A stretch of 64,000 bases of DNA. Origin: Octopus sinensis (Eukaryota). The notes beneath the pieces are model-generated. The model was not told the DNA's origin. It worked only from the letters and a program-made list of their open reading frames with translations, and did no database searches. Both the position numbers and the translations under genes were made by a program. Location: positions 16,802,001-16,866,000 of the forward strand of contig NC_043009.1 of the NCBI RefSeq assembly GCF_006345805.1, read 5' to 3'. Numbering within the stretch: the stretch's first letter is position 1; every line of letters starts with the position of its first letter. This document shows, piece by piece, positions 25,707 through 39,500 of this stretch.

Positions 25707-28700
25707 TATGTGTATTTCAGGAATTTAAAAATTTCAACAGTTATCTGTATGTATATTGAATATGTATATTTTGGGTATAGTGTTTTTCTTTTTTTTTGTT
25801 ATTGGATCAAACTGTTCTGTATTGTAGGTCATGAAACAAAAGCGATGCTAAATAACAGAGGACCCAGATACAAGAGAAGCAAACTGGAATGTAAAATAAA
25901 CCGGGATATTATTTGGTGTGCCCTGTTGTTGATTTTTCTCTGTGTCTTTTGTGCAGCTGGTAAGTGTTGCATTATGCAGTTCTACAAAGTCATTCTTTAA
26001 ACCAGCACTGAACAACTCCTGTTTAAAAGTCATTCCAACCATGACTGTTCTATTTTTTTTTATTTTGTTAGGCTTAGTTTATTCCAAACTAGATTATCCT
26101 TTGTGTCCTTGATTAAGATGTAGAGTGTGGTTCAAGTCTCATTTGACCTGCTATTTCTAGTTGGTTAACCAACGGCATACACGTATTTTTTGTTGTCTCG
26201 GATCAGTGTTTTTTACGAATTATGATTATTAAAAATTTTGGCTATTATTAAAAATTTGTAATAATGACCCTAAAATCTTTTTTAGGGTCAGTGGGTGTAG
26301 TCAGTTTAATTGTCCCCAGTATTTAACAGGTACTTATTTAAGCTAAGGATTGGATGATAAATCAAATTCCCACGCTATTTGACCTCAAAATGTAGAAGTT
26401 GTAACATAGTTTCTCTGTCTCATTACTGATTCTGTCTTCCACAATAAGGAAATGGTTAAAGATTTTTATCAAATAATATTAATAATAATAACTGGCAGAT
26501 CTCATGGAAATTCCACTTTTTCTTTCTTGAAGCATTAACTTATAGATCTCCATTGCATTATTTATTCTGTTAAAGATTTTCATTATGTCTGCTTTTGTTC
26601 CATAGCTAATTAAGCTTCTTAAAAATATAACACTTGAATTTATGTTAAGCTGAATAATAATAATATAAAATAAACACAATATTTTTTGTTATTCAGGCTT
26701 AAAGTCTAGGGCATTTGTGGGGAGAGAATATAGGAACTGATGAATGTAATCGTTTTTGGAACTGATTTTACGAGAACTGAACATGGCACCATTGAAGTTT
26801 CACTAGAAGAAATTAAACAAAAACATAGTCAATGAAAGAAAATAGAATATGAAATAAGAAGTTAATAACATTAATTTAATTAAAAAATTAATACAATACA
26901 AAATGAAACTAAACATTTATCAATTGAAACTTCAGTAGATTTTTATTGATTAAGGAATATGGTCATGTGGTTAAGAAGTTCACTTCTCAGTCATGTGATT
27001 GCAGTTCAATCCCACTGCACAGCCCTTTGAGTGTCTTCTGCTGTAGCCCTGAACTGACAAATACCTTTTTGGTGGACAGGAACTGCAGGAAATCCATTGT
27101 GTGTGAATGCTGATATTCCTCACTTGTCATTGCTTGAGTGAAACAATGATGCTGTTGACTTTGTTGATGTTATGAGTGATTTTCCTCTACTTTCAAAGAT
27201 ATCTGGAATAAAAAAATATGTTCTTGAAATACTTTACTTGGTGACAGGAAAAGCATCTAGCTGTCAAATCCTTCTTCAAATAATTGCCTAACTTTATAAA
27301 TGTGTTTGTTAAACAAATGAAAGATTTATTATCTTTACATAATTATATTAGTTTAATAGGAAGTTGTTTTCACAATGTCTCTTTAATTAATTAAAAAAAT
27401 GTAAAAAGAGAATGAAATATTGATAAAATAATTGTAAGTTGAAGTACAATAATCATTCTCATATTGCAGTATACTAACAACACTGTAGGGTAGGTTTACA
27501 AGTTAATTGAATTGTCATCTAGAATATGATTAGTATTCTGTCAACTTGGAATGGGGCAAAGCTGACTTCTACTGGATTTGAACTCAGAATGCAAAAGGGC
27601 ACTGCAAGTAATGTAACTTGGTACACTGTAGTTTCTGGCTATGTACTATCACAATTTGAACTATAATAATGGGCTAGCCCACACATAGCAGGGGAGAAAG
27701 GATATAGTCAGTCACATGTAACAAGATGTAAGACAAAATCAAACTTCCTCAGAATATGAACACAAGAAAGAGACAGGTTAATCTAAATATAATTCTTGTT
27801 TAACTCCCTGTCACAGCTGACTGAATAGACCTATGACCAAATTCGTTCCATCTATGACCATCCTTTCTTTTTAGAATATATCTACGACTACATTTGCAAT
27901 ATATACTTTCATTTCTTGAGAGAAAGAGATAATGGCTGTTATTTATAGCAGATTTAGTGATGATATAAAGGCTTTTTCAGCTTGACCTAAATATAGTAAA
28001 GTATTGAGGTGTATTTTTTGCAGCTTTGAATGACCTCATTATGAGTTTAAATTTATGTGTGAGTTTTGTGATAGAAATGTCTTAAATAGATATTTCTTAT
28101 TTTGTGTAGAGTTGTTGCATTTCATGACAATATACGTTTTTCTGTCATCTCATTGCAGCTTTGATCATCCCAATTTTTCTTTCATATCACGAACTGTAAT
28201 ATGATAAGTACCCTTCTTTTAAGATAGCAGGATGTAGTTTGAAAGAGATTTGGTTGTTCAGTCAACTAGAAGTTTAACTGAAACTATTCATTGGCTCATA
28301 TTTGAAGGTTATTGCAATAATAATTTATTACATGTTGGAGTAAGGTGCAAGCATTAGAGTATAGCTAGTTGAATTTCTCCACAATATCCCCAAGAAGAAA
28401 AGCAAAGTGATCTGGACTCAGAACTCTATCAAAAGAGACAATTAAGACTAAATATTGTGAGTGAATTAGTCATCCTTTACTTTAGGGTTCATTAATCTGT
28501 GTCATTAAGAAATCAATTGTAAGGTGCATGGGTTTTGTCACTGGACTAATTGAAATTACCTAACTGAATACTTGTATTGTCACTTTATCTTATCATTCAG
28601 TGTTCATTTTCTCTCTCTCTCTCTCCCAAACTCACTTATGTACCTTTTTAAAGCTTCTTCTTTTCACTCTCTGTGTGAGAGCATGTATGTAACAGGGAAA

Positions 28701-30575
28701 AGAGGTAAATTTTGCAAGATTTGTGTGTCAGATTTTGATAGAAGTAGGTTTGAAACTGAAGACATGACTGGTTAAGGGCTCACGCTCAGCCAAGTAATAG
28801 TCCAGTCAACACTTAAGTGAAGCAAATAGTTTAATAAGTTTTTCCCTAAATAGCTAGTACTACCTCTTTAGTATCTTTGAACTTTGGTGGTACAGGTACA
28901 ACATCAATTTTCTGAGACCTTTAGTTCCAAAACCTTTCTAGATTCCTGATTTTCCAAACCAGTGTCAATCATTTCTAAATTAAGCAAATATTAAATTTAC
29001 TTCAATAATTACATGAAGTATATTAGTATGAATGATAGTTTATTTATACTGTGCTGTGCAAAGTACCAGTAAACTTGTCTGGTGACCATGAGAGTTTAAA
29101 GTTCCTGTTTGTAAATTAGTAGCGATTATAAGTGGTGCCAGGCCATCAGTATTTGAAAAGTTGGTATTGTATATGTAAACATAATCCACTGCCTAACAGC
29201 ACCACCTGGCTTGGCCAAGTGCCTGATCTGAGGACAACTTCCTCCCGTCAATCATGGAGGCCCTGGAAAATGTCATCAGTGTTATTCTTCCTCTTTTGAC
29301 CAAGTCATAAAAACAAAATAAAAAAAAATTAATTTCCTGTGCATTTCATTCACCAATACAACCAATTTCTGTTTACATAGCAGAAATTTCTTGTTCGGCA
29401 CAAATCCAAATATTTAATGGGTGAAGTTTAGTTGACCCAATCAACCCAAGTATACCACTAGTATTATTTTATTGACTCTAGAAGTAATAAATGAAGTTAC
29501 CTTGAACAGAACTTGAAAGTAGGTTGTACAAGTATAAAACTAAATAATCAAATACATTTAGTTTGATCTTATGTGATTTCTGCCAATTTAACAAACATTG
29601 TCTTAATTCAATAATAATGAGGTTTATTAAAAAAGTCCAAGCTTTGTAAGGAGTTATATAACTGCTTAAATCTACCTATGTCAATAGTCTTGCCAAAAAG
29701 AACCACCGAAGAAAGTATTAAAGTTTGATCTACTAGCAAGAATTTATTGGCATTTGAATGTAATTGTGCAAGTTTACAAACTCCCTGTTCGTTAATGATC
29801 TGGATTTACTAAGTGTATGATCCAGCAAGTGTTTAGGATCTTGGTTATGGACATTACATAGTGACAGTGGTAGAAAACTATCAGTTGATGCTCCTGGTAT
29901 TTAATGTGTCAACTATGTAGGAGTGTAATAAAATGTTGGACTTCATAAAATTTAAAGCCAGAGGGATAGGGAACTAGCTATAGTAAAGCTCCGAGTCTGA
30001 TGTTACAAATTACATTAGCAATATCAGAAAAGGGAAATGATTAAAACCAAGCTTTAAAAGTTAGGAGTATTGGCTATTATTAGCGATGACACACTGTTAA
30101 ATATTGGGTTTCAAGATTCATTTGTATCATATAATGAAGCCAGTGTCTGCTGACTACCTTCAAATAGTCTTGTAATGGCAATTAGGTCTTATTAGGAAAA
30201 TAAAAATGCTTGTTTCTTCAAAATATTAAATAAACATTATTAATAAGTGACATCCAAATTAGCTAACACTAAACAATGAGAACAAATCCCATAATAACCC
30301 TCATTACTTGCAAAATGTTGCCCTTAAAATTATTCTTTTGCATGGGTTTTTGTTCCAGCTTCTGTGATTTGGTTGAATAAATATGACAACCCTGAACTTA
30401 TACCATTTGTACCATATGGAGACAGCGCGCAATATAACTTGGGCCTCAGAGCTTTAATTGAGTTTTCCAAATACATTATTATTTTCCAGGTAATGTCTTT
30501 TAATTATTGTTCCAAATTTAACAATTTTCTGCATATCTTTTTCAGTAATCAAACACTTTGTGTAACCAAACACCC

Positions 30576-30609
<34 letters not shown>

Positions 30610-33600
30610 CGAGAGAGAGAGAGAGAGATGAGCGGACATAAATACCCTTTCACCATCCCCACTTCGGCCCTGCAGCACATCCAGTATGTGACAGCTGGAG
30701 GGAGAAAGAGCTGCACCATCATCTGGCCAACAGAAAGCTGAGTTAACTCAAGCAATGTGATATGAAAGGCCTTGCTCAAGGACACAACATGTTAAACAGT
30801 CTAAGAATTGAGCCCACAACCTCATAAGCCAAACATTTTCACATCTTGAGACAGTTAATTTATCTAAATATATATATATATATATACAGTTTAAAGACAT
30901 GAGAGAAATGATTATGTATGAAGCTTAATTAACTCCAACCAGCTACACTCACTCCCCAGCCAGACTACTGACAAATTTATCAATTAAATCAATCATGATG
31001 TAAGTTGCGTTACTCATGTCTTTTATAAACATTACCCGAGCCTGGAGACACCCTCAATTGAGCTAGCCCTTTTAAGTGACATATAATGAAAAAGGGAAGA
31101 AATTTTCATTGGAGAGGAAAATACTGGTCCTTTCAACTGCCACCATAAACGCTTATTTAATTATTGTAGCCAAAAAGCAAACTGAAATACTCACACTCCC
31201 TGCAAAAAAAGAAGTCATGGGACTATAATCTGTATTGTAACAGATGGCTAAAACAACCAACCCATACTACATATTATTGATGAGAAGTGATAATATAAGA
31301 CAAGCCAGTGAAACTATTCAGTTAGAAGTGGAGTGAAGTAAATAAAACTGTTTTTAAACTTGGCATTTCTTTGTAGCCATCACAGTTGATAATGAAATAC
31401 AGTTTAAAGGTCTACACCATAAAAACAACAACAGAGAGCAACAACAAGCTCACTGTGTTCATAGTTCAGCTTCTATATGATCTGATGTATATATTAAAAA
31501 AAAAAGCTACTATCTGCAGATTAGCAGGTTATATGTCAACCTTTTTCAAATCTCTTCACACACCCCAAGTGTTTTTATAATTCTTGCTATTACTCATCTT
31601 TAGCTAATAAACTAGGCCACCAAACCACCACCACCACCACCACCAATATTACCATGACTATTTTGCTGCTACTTCTAGCAAGTCAAAAGATCCTATAGAT
31701 ATAACCTCATTGGTGATTTCTCCTCATGATTTCATTTATAAAACAATGAACAAATTCTGGGGCCCCATGAAATACTTTCAAACAACACACACACATTGAC
31801 TCTTCACTAGTTTATTCTTCGCTCAGAATACACACATACAAATGAATCCTCACAAACACAAACACATATACATATACATCGCATGCACCATTAAAACAAC
31901 ATACACAGATGCTTGGCAACACTCCTAGCAACTTTCGACACAGAAAATTCAAACCAGTTTCAATAAAACTCATTGCAAACACAGCAGAAGTGCAACGAAC
32001 TTGTTTTGAGAAATGAAATTTTTAAAAAAACCAAGAAATCAGTAAATGTATTATTTTTGACTGTACTTTAATATACCACAGAATTTCTTCCTTATTTTAA
32101 CTGTTTCAATAAACAAAATTAGAGAAACCTATACAAATAAATAAGGTGGAATTTCACGTTAGCGAAAAACAACAGGACGCTACAAAAGTAAATTTGATTT
32201 ATTCTATCACATGTGGACAAGAGATGACTAATAGCTGAGTGAAGTTGGTGTACGTGTGAGTCAGAAAGATTTATTACTAGCTTTTGCATTAAAACCATTT
32301 GGGCATATAACTAACCAGGTGATATATGAAGGGGTCATACCCAATGACTGGTGTAACAGCACCATAGTCAACTGCTACAAAAGTAAAGGTGAAGCCACAG
32401 ATAGACAGGGGTATCACATTGTTGGATCAGGTGATGAAAGTCACTGAGAGTGTCATAGACCAACTAATTAGGGAGAGAATTTAGATGAGATGCAGTTTGT
32501 ATTTGTGCCAAGGAGAAGCACCACTGATGCTGTATTTCTTGTAAGACAGCTGCAGGAGAAATACCTAGCCAAAGATAAACCTCTGTACTTGGCTTTTGTT
32601 GATTTGGAAGAAAACCTTTGACAGGGTACCCCGATCTCTTATTTGGTGGTCATTGCGGAAACTAAGGATAGATGAGTGGTTGGTGAGAGATGTGCAAGCC
32701 ATGCACATGGATGCTACCAGTAAGGTGAAGGTTGGCAATTAGTACAGTGAAGAATTCAGGGTACAAGTAGGGGTTCACCAAGGATCAGTTTCAGATGTGG
32801 AACCAAGGTCTAGAATCGAAGAGCCTTAGAGTTAACCTAGCAAAAACCAAAGTCTTAGTAAGTAGGAAGGTGGACAAATCACAAATCTCTTCAGGTAGAT
32901 AGCCCTGCTCAATCTGTAGAAAAGGCATAGGTAGAAACTCCATAAGATGTACCCAGAGAAGATAGTTTTTGTGTGTGGAAGGTGCACAGGTATAATAAAC
33001 ACCAAAAATGTACAGAAAATAGATTCCATCACATACCAGGGAATAAAATCTGGAAGTAGTCTATAACTTCCATTATTTAGGTGACCAAGTCAGTAGAGGG
33101 GGTGGATGCTCTGAGAGCATAGCTGCTAGAATAAGAATAGCCTGGGCAAAGTTCAGAGAGCTCCTACCTCTACTGGTAACAAAGGGCCTTTCGCTCTGAG
33201 TGAAAGGCAGTGTATGATGCCTGTGTGCGAACAGCCATGCCACATGGCAGTGAAACATGAGCTGTGACTGCCGAGGACATACGTAGGCTTGTAAGAAATG
33301 AGACTAGTATACTCCACTGGATATGTAATGTCAGTGTGCATGCACAATAGAGTATAAGCATCATGAGAGAAAAGTTGGACATAAGAAGCATCAGATGTGG
33401 TGTGGAAGAGAGACGACTGTGCTGCTATGGTAACATGATGCATATGGATGAGGACAGCTGTGTGAAGGAGGGCACCTGTGGAAGAGGTAGACCCCCAGGA
33501 AGACATGAGATGAGGTGGTGAAGCATGATCTTCAAATGTTGGGCCTCCCAGAGGCAATGACAAACAACCAAGACCTTTGGAGATATGCTGTGCTTAGAAG

Positions 33601-34862
33601 ACCCATCAAGCCAAGTGAGGTCGTAGTCTTGGCTGATGCCAGTGTCACATGACTGGCCCATTAAAAGCACCCTTCAATCATTGGGCAATATACTGTGCTT
33701 GTAAAGACCTGTCGAGTGAAATTGCAGTTGAGGCAGATGCTGGTGTTGTATGACTGGCATCTATGCTGGTGGTATGTAAAAAGCACCATTTGAGCATTAG
33801 GCTTCAAGGAGGCACTAATGGCAAGCCAAATGAGATCATAGTTGTGGTTGATGCTAGTGTCACATAACTGGACTGTTGAAAGCAACCTTCAATCATTGGG
33901 CAATATGCTGTGCTTTTGAAGACCTGTCGACCCGAAGAAAAATTGTAGTCGTGGCCAACGCCAGTGCCATCTTACTGGCACCCATGCCAGTGGCATGTAA
34001 CAAGCATAGTTTGAGCATTGGGCCTCATGGAGGCAGTGACAGGTGACCAAAACCTTTGGTAATATACTGTGCATGTGTAGACCTGTTAAGCCAAGTGAGA
34101 CCCTAGTCATAGTTGATGCTGCCGTCAGGTCATTTTTTATGGGCCCACTACACTCACAGAGTGGTTGGCATTAGGAAGGGCATCTAACTGTAGAAATCTT
34201 GCCAGATCAGATCAGAACCTGATGCAGATCCTTGGCTTACCAGTTTTCAGTCAAACCTTCCAATCCACACCAGCATGGAAAGCGGACATCAAGTGATGAT
34301 GTTGATATAAGTTACACAAAGGCCTTTCGTGCTGATTTTTGTGAAAGAGGATAATGGTTAGCTCTTCTCGCTTGAGATTGCTGTTGGCCACATGTCGTGT
34401 TTGTTGGAAGAAATAAACATTGACATTTCTCAATTTAGCTGCAGGTGGTGAGATATGTTAACAGGTTGCCAGTTGGTCACTAACTCTCTAAAGACAAAAC
34501 TTTGTTCTCGGTTAAACTGAGAACTGGTTTATTGACATTGCTGCACCTTAACTCTGATTGACTGGCAGCTGTAGCACTATGCTACTACACCGTATTGCAC
34601 TAGCTTATCTGACTCACTACACACCATCCAAAACATTCCTCTTCAGTTCTGCAGCCCACTAAAATTTCCTCCCAATACACATTTTCCTTATGGACCTGGA
34701 TATATTATAATTCCAACTGAACACCAGGTAAATCAATCTCAACAGTCTGCAAAAGCACCTAAAGACCATGAGCACTTCTCTTCCCTGCATAAATATTAAG
34801 TTCTGCTATGTAACTCTCAGTGTATGTATCTTTGTTGACTATCACATAAAGGTGTATCTATA

Positions 34863-34906
<44 letters not shown>

Positions 34907-36497
34907 CATGCTGAGTGCAATGGGTAAATTGTTGCCATTTTATATTTTTCATTTCATGCATGCGCATTGTTTGTTTTTGATTTTGTTGACTACACAGTAT
35001 GGTAGGGTCAGTTGGGCACCATCTGTGAGAAAAACAGCACCAAGATGCAATTCACTCTGCCAGAAATTTGGAAACGACATGCTGTCCTGCTTGGCATTTG
35101 CACTGGTAACTCCAATACGAACATTTCAGAGTTTTTGGGTGTCAATCTGAGGACAGTGCAGAGGATTCAGAAAGAGTTGGATGAGTCTAATGATGATTAC
35201 GAAGTATGGCAGCTTGGAAAACTTACTCTGATCATTCTGATTAGAAAAGAACTCCTGAATTTGTTGGTGAGATCCAGGCCAGGATTGATAACAATCCCTC
35301 CAAGTCAATCGGGTCCATTGCCAGGAACATAGAAGTGTCTGAGTTTCTTATCAGGCATGTAGTGCATGAAGACATGAGGTATTCCTCATACAAGAAAAGA
35401 ATGGCAAATTTATATCCTAAGCCATCAAGGACAAGAGGAAAGACTGTGCTACGAAGCTTTTGAACAAACTCAAGCATCCCTTCCAACTGAACATGCTTTG
35501 GTTTTTCTCAGACGAGAAAAATTTCTGCCAGTTGGCTTGCTGTGTCCCTAAAATATGTACCAAGAGTGATAAAAATCAAACATCCAGCCAACAGCATGAT
35601 GTTTGGAGCAATCACTTAGTGATGATAACGTGCCTCCATTCGTCTTCCCACACAGCCTCACACTCAACACGGAGGCCTATGTCAAGTGCCTGGAGGAGGT
35701 AGTGTTGCCCTGGGTCAAGAGGGTGGCTGCTGAAAGACCCTATGTCTGGCAACAGGACTCGGCACCATGCCAAGCAGGGGACCCCAGTCATGGCTATCAG
35801 ACAATTTCTGCAACCACATTACCTGGCCACCTAACTCCCCAGACTGTAACTCCCTTGATTATTATGTGTGGGGCACAGTTGAGCGAGAGACCAACAAAAC
35901 TCCTTGTAACACCAAAAATGAACAGAAGGCAAGGATTATGACAGCATTCACCAACTTAAACAAGGAGACTGTCCAGAAGAGTTGCAGGAGATTCTGAAGT
36001 CATCTGGAGGCCATAATTGAAGCCAATGGCGATTTTATTGAATAAATTTACTGTTTAGTATTTCAAGATATTTTGATGCAATTTTGGTAAATATATCTTT
36101 TAAAATGAGATGTCAGGTACAGGTTTTAATTAAAGCACTCCTTGAATTTACCTGAGATTTTAACTAAAATCCTGTACCTTCATAGAAGTACCAATCAACA
36201 TCCATATCCTCCAGATAAAAGATGAGTCGTAAACATTATTCTCCTGCCTGTATTCTTCCAACTACTTTTACTCTTTATTATTGTATTTTACTCCCTAGAA
36301 ACTGTAAATTTTCCCTGTCTAAAATAGTCATACCTTGTTTCTGATGATGGAATACCCAGTGCATGGATATGCTAACCTGCTACTTGGGTTATCCCATAAA
36401 TGGCTGTAAGACTTCAAATTTACCTTACCCTAATTAAATTATTTAAAATGACTTGGGACACTCATTCTGCCTTGGTTTTGATTTTTCCTCTAAAGTA

Positions 36498-36547
<50 letters not shown>

Positions 36548-39500
36548 CTGTGCACTCTAGTATAATATGCTACTGTGTATATAATTCCTTTCTAGTCTTT
36601 TACACAACTATCATTGTATGTTCTGTATCTTTTTAAGCTTTTATGCAGCTACTCTTTGTATGTACAATATATTCCTTTGCAGTCTGTTATACAGCTGCCA
36701 GTGATTATATATCTTTCTTGGTAGTCTGTCACACCACTGTCAACTACTCACTGTGCATTCCTTTGTAACTAGCGCTATCAATGTCTTTGTATGTCTCTTC
36801 TTTTCCAGGCTGTTATACCACTTCCACTTTATGTGTCAATAGAGATTGTGAAGCTGGGTCATGTGTTCTTCATCAATCAGGACTTGAATTTGTACCATGA
36901 AGGAACAGGAAAACCATTTGAATGCCGAGCACTGAATATTGCTGAGGATTTGGGACAAGTAGACTACATATTTTCTGATAAGACTGGAACTCTGACCGAG
37001 AATAAAATGGTATTTATGTGCTGCTCAATCAGAGGAACTGATTTCCCCCACAAACCCAGTAAGTAAACTATTTTGCATGAAGGTTTTGTGATAAGGTTGC
37101 TTTACAATTTAAGGGTGAATTCCTGTTATAAGTGGCTCCTTAAATGAGATTGGTACTAAATAAAATATTTTTGTTTTCACTTTCTCAGTTGAAGAAAACC
37201 TGGATATTGTAGAGAATGCTAGACAATCTTTTTCAAATATGAGTCGCACCAGCTCAGTAAGTATTTATCGATTCATATATATTGCAAACTGAAAAATAGC
37301 ATCATTGGTCCAGGTTTCCTATGGACCAATATTATACTGAAGTGTAATATAGTTGAATAAATCTCTACCTTTCAACAATTGCCTTTGCTGAATTTGAAAA
37401 ATCATTATATTATATAGTTTTTAACTTTTTGTTGCTTTTTGGATTATTATTACCTCTGTCTTAGCGAAGGCAGGGGTACTGTTTTCAGTTGTGTTTGTTT
37501 GTTTGTCCATGGACAAAATATCTCAAGAGCCGCTGGATGGATTCAGATGAAACTTTCAGGGTTGTTTGGCCTCATGACTGGCACAAACTGATTAGATTTT
37601 GGGATCAATTCTGGACAAGGATTCTGGGTTATTTGTTATATTTACTTTACATGAAGTATTACAATCTTATGTTCACTTTCAAGTCTTTCTCTGATTATCT
37701 CCCTTGAAAGCACACTCTTGATTTCCACATAAGCTATAGTAGCATTGCTGTTAACTCGCGTCTCTATCTCAGTAGAAACTGATGGATAAAGAAATCAAAC
37801 TGCAAAAACAAACGGCAGTGAAACTGTCCAGAAATTAAATAACACTAACATATTCAGTAATAATAATAAATTTAATTTATCCTCAACAATTTTTAGCTTT
37901 ACCAATTTTGAATATATCGCTCCTGTTTAAAACCTCTTACCTCCTTGACAATTGCATTTCTAGCTCTGCCTTGAAGGAAGCTTTACCTCTTGGACTCACA
38001 TTTTTGTGTGCAATGATGTTGTTAAACCTCTCTTAACAGCACTGTATGCAGGTCCTTTCTATTTTCTTTCATGCACAGAAACATTTTTCACTATAGACCT
38101 TAATGGTCGTAAAGACACTATATCAGTGGATAGATGAGAAAAGGCCTTCATAGAGAAAACTGCCCCTGTTCCCACTGCAGATGACACACACACACACACA
38201 GCATTACAAACATGGCCTGCACACCCACCTTTACATTCCATGACTACTATTGGGATCGATCAAGTACCGGCCAAGGATTCTGGACTATTTTTCCAGTTTT
38301 TTCACTTAATTTTTCAGAGTGGTCAGGTTCATTTTAGTATTCTCACTTGTGAGAGCAGTCGAGTTTATTTCAGATATTCTCATTTTAAAAATCATCTCTG
38401 GCTAATCGTTGAGAGGACGTTGGTGTTGCCTTGGTGGAGGTTTGCGCTCTCTGAGTGCTCTTGTTATTTTCTTTTTTTTATATAGTTTTTGATTTTATTG
38501 AATAAATCCGATCTCTTCCATTTTAATTTGTCTGATTTATTTTGAATTCTTGGCAGGTCCTCACAGAAAGTGGTCTTGAACACCAACTGCTATATATGCT
38601 GGCTTCTCAACATAGCAGCAGCTTTGGTACCCAGCGAGACATCCCTGCAGACATACAATGTGTACATGAGTTCTTCTTACTGCTAGCCATCTGCAATACT
38701 GTTGTTGTCTCAAACCACCCTCATGAAGATAAGGTAAATTTCTGCTATGTTACAGCAGTGCTGAGTATTTATCAAAACCGAATCCAGTTTTGTATAATGA
38801 ATGGTAATGCTGTAGTTTGATGGTAGAACACAGATGATATTATAATAGTAATACGGTGTTATAATAATAGTATTATATAGCATGATAGTTTTTTTTGTCC
38901 ACTATAACTTAGACTTGCATCAGATATGATGGTGGGTGTTCCACATAGTCTATACCAATCTCAGTTTCTTGAACTGATCAGCATAACTATTCTTCACGAG
39001 TTTTTGAGGATACCCTCAGGTCACCCTCCTGGGGCTCAGGTCTTAGATGATGACATAGTTGCAGAGCAACTCTCAGTTTTACAGTGCTCAACAAATTGCA
39101 ATCATTTTCTGGCAATCTGATACATCAAAGTCATAGATTAGTAGACTTTTTAGTGTATCAGGCAGGATGCCTTGCAGTATTTGTCATAGCTCTTTGCTTT
39201 CTGATGCCTGTGATAATACTGGTGCCAAGCAGTATCAGCCCATACTTGGACAATATCAGTAACATAGAGAAGAGAGGCTTTATTTGTGGCCAACTGTTAT
39301 TCTTTCATTAAAAATAAAAACAAACAAACTTATCTTGACCTACATTTTGAAGAGAATCTTTCCACATGCAGCTTTGTAGCTTTACATGAGAAACAATTAT
39401 CTTGGGGGAAGTCGCTGTAAAGTTGCTCATGAGTCACTTTCTGAAGTTAGATGACCATCTGGAGAATCCAGGTCTAGTGGTCATTGAAGAATTTGGCCTT

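Noticed and set aside
37059-37066. Tandem splice donors (gtaa gtaa) and nearby alternative AG acceptors at 45794 and 55863
   Set aside because: All would shift the frame; there is no evidence of use without transcript data.
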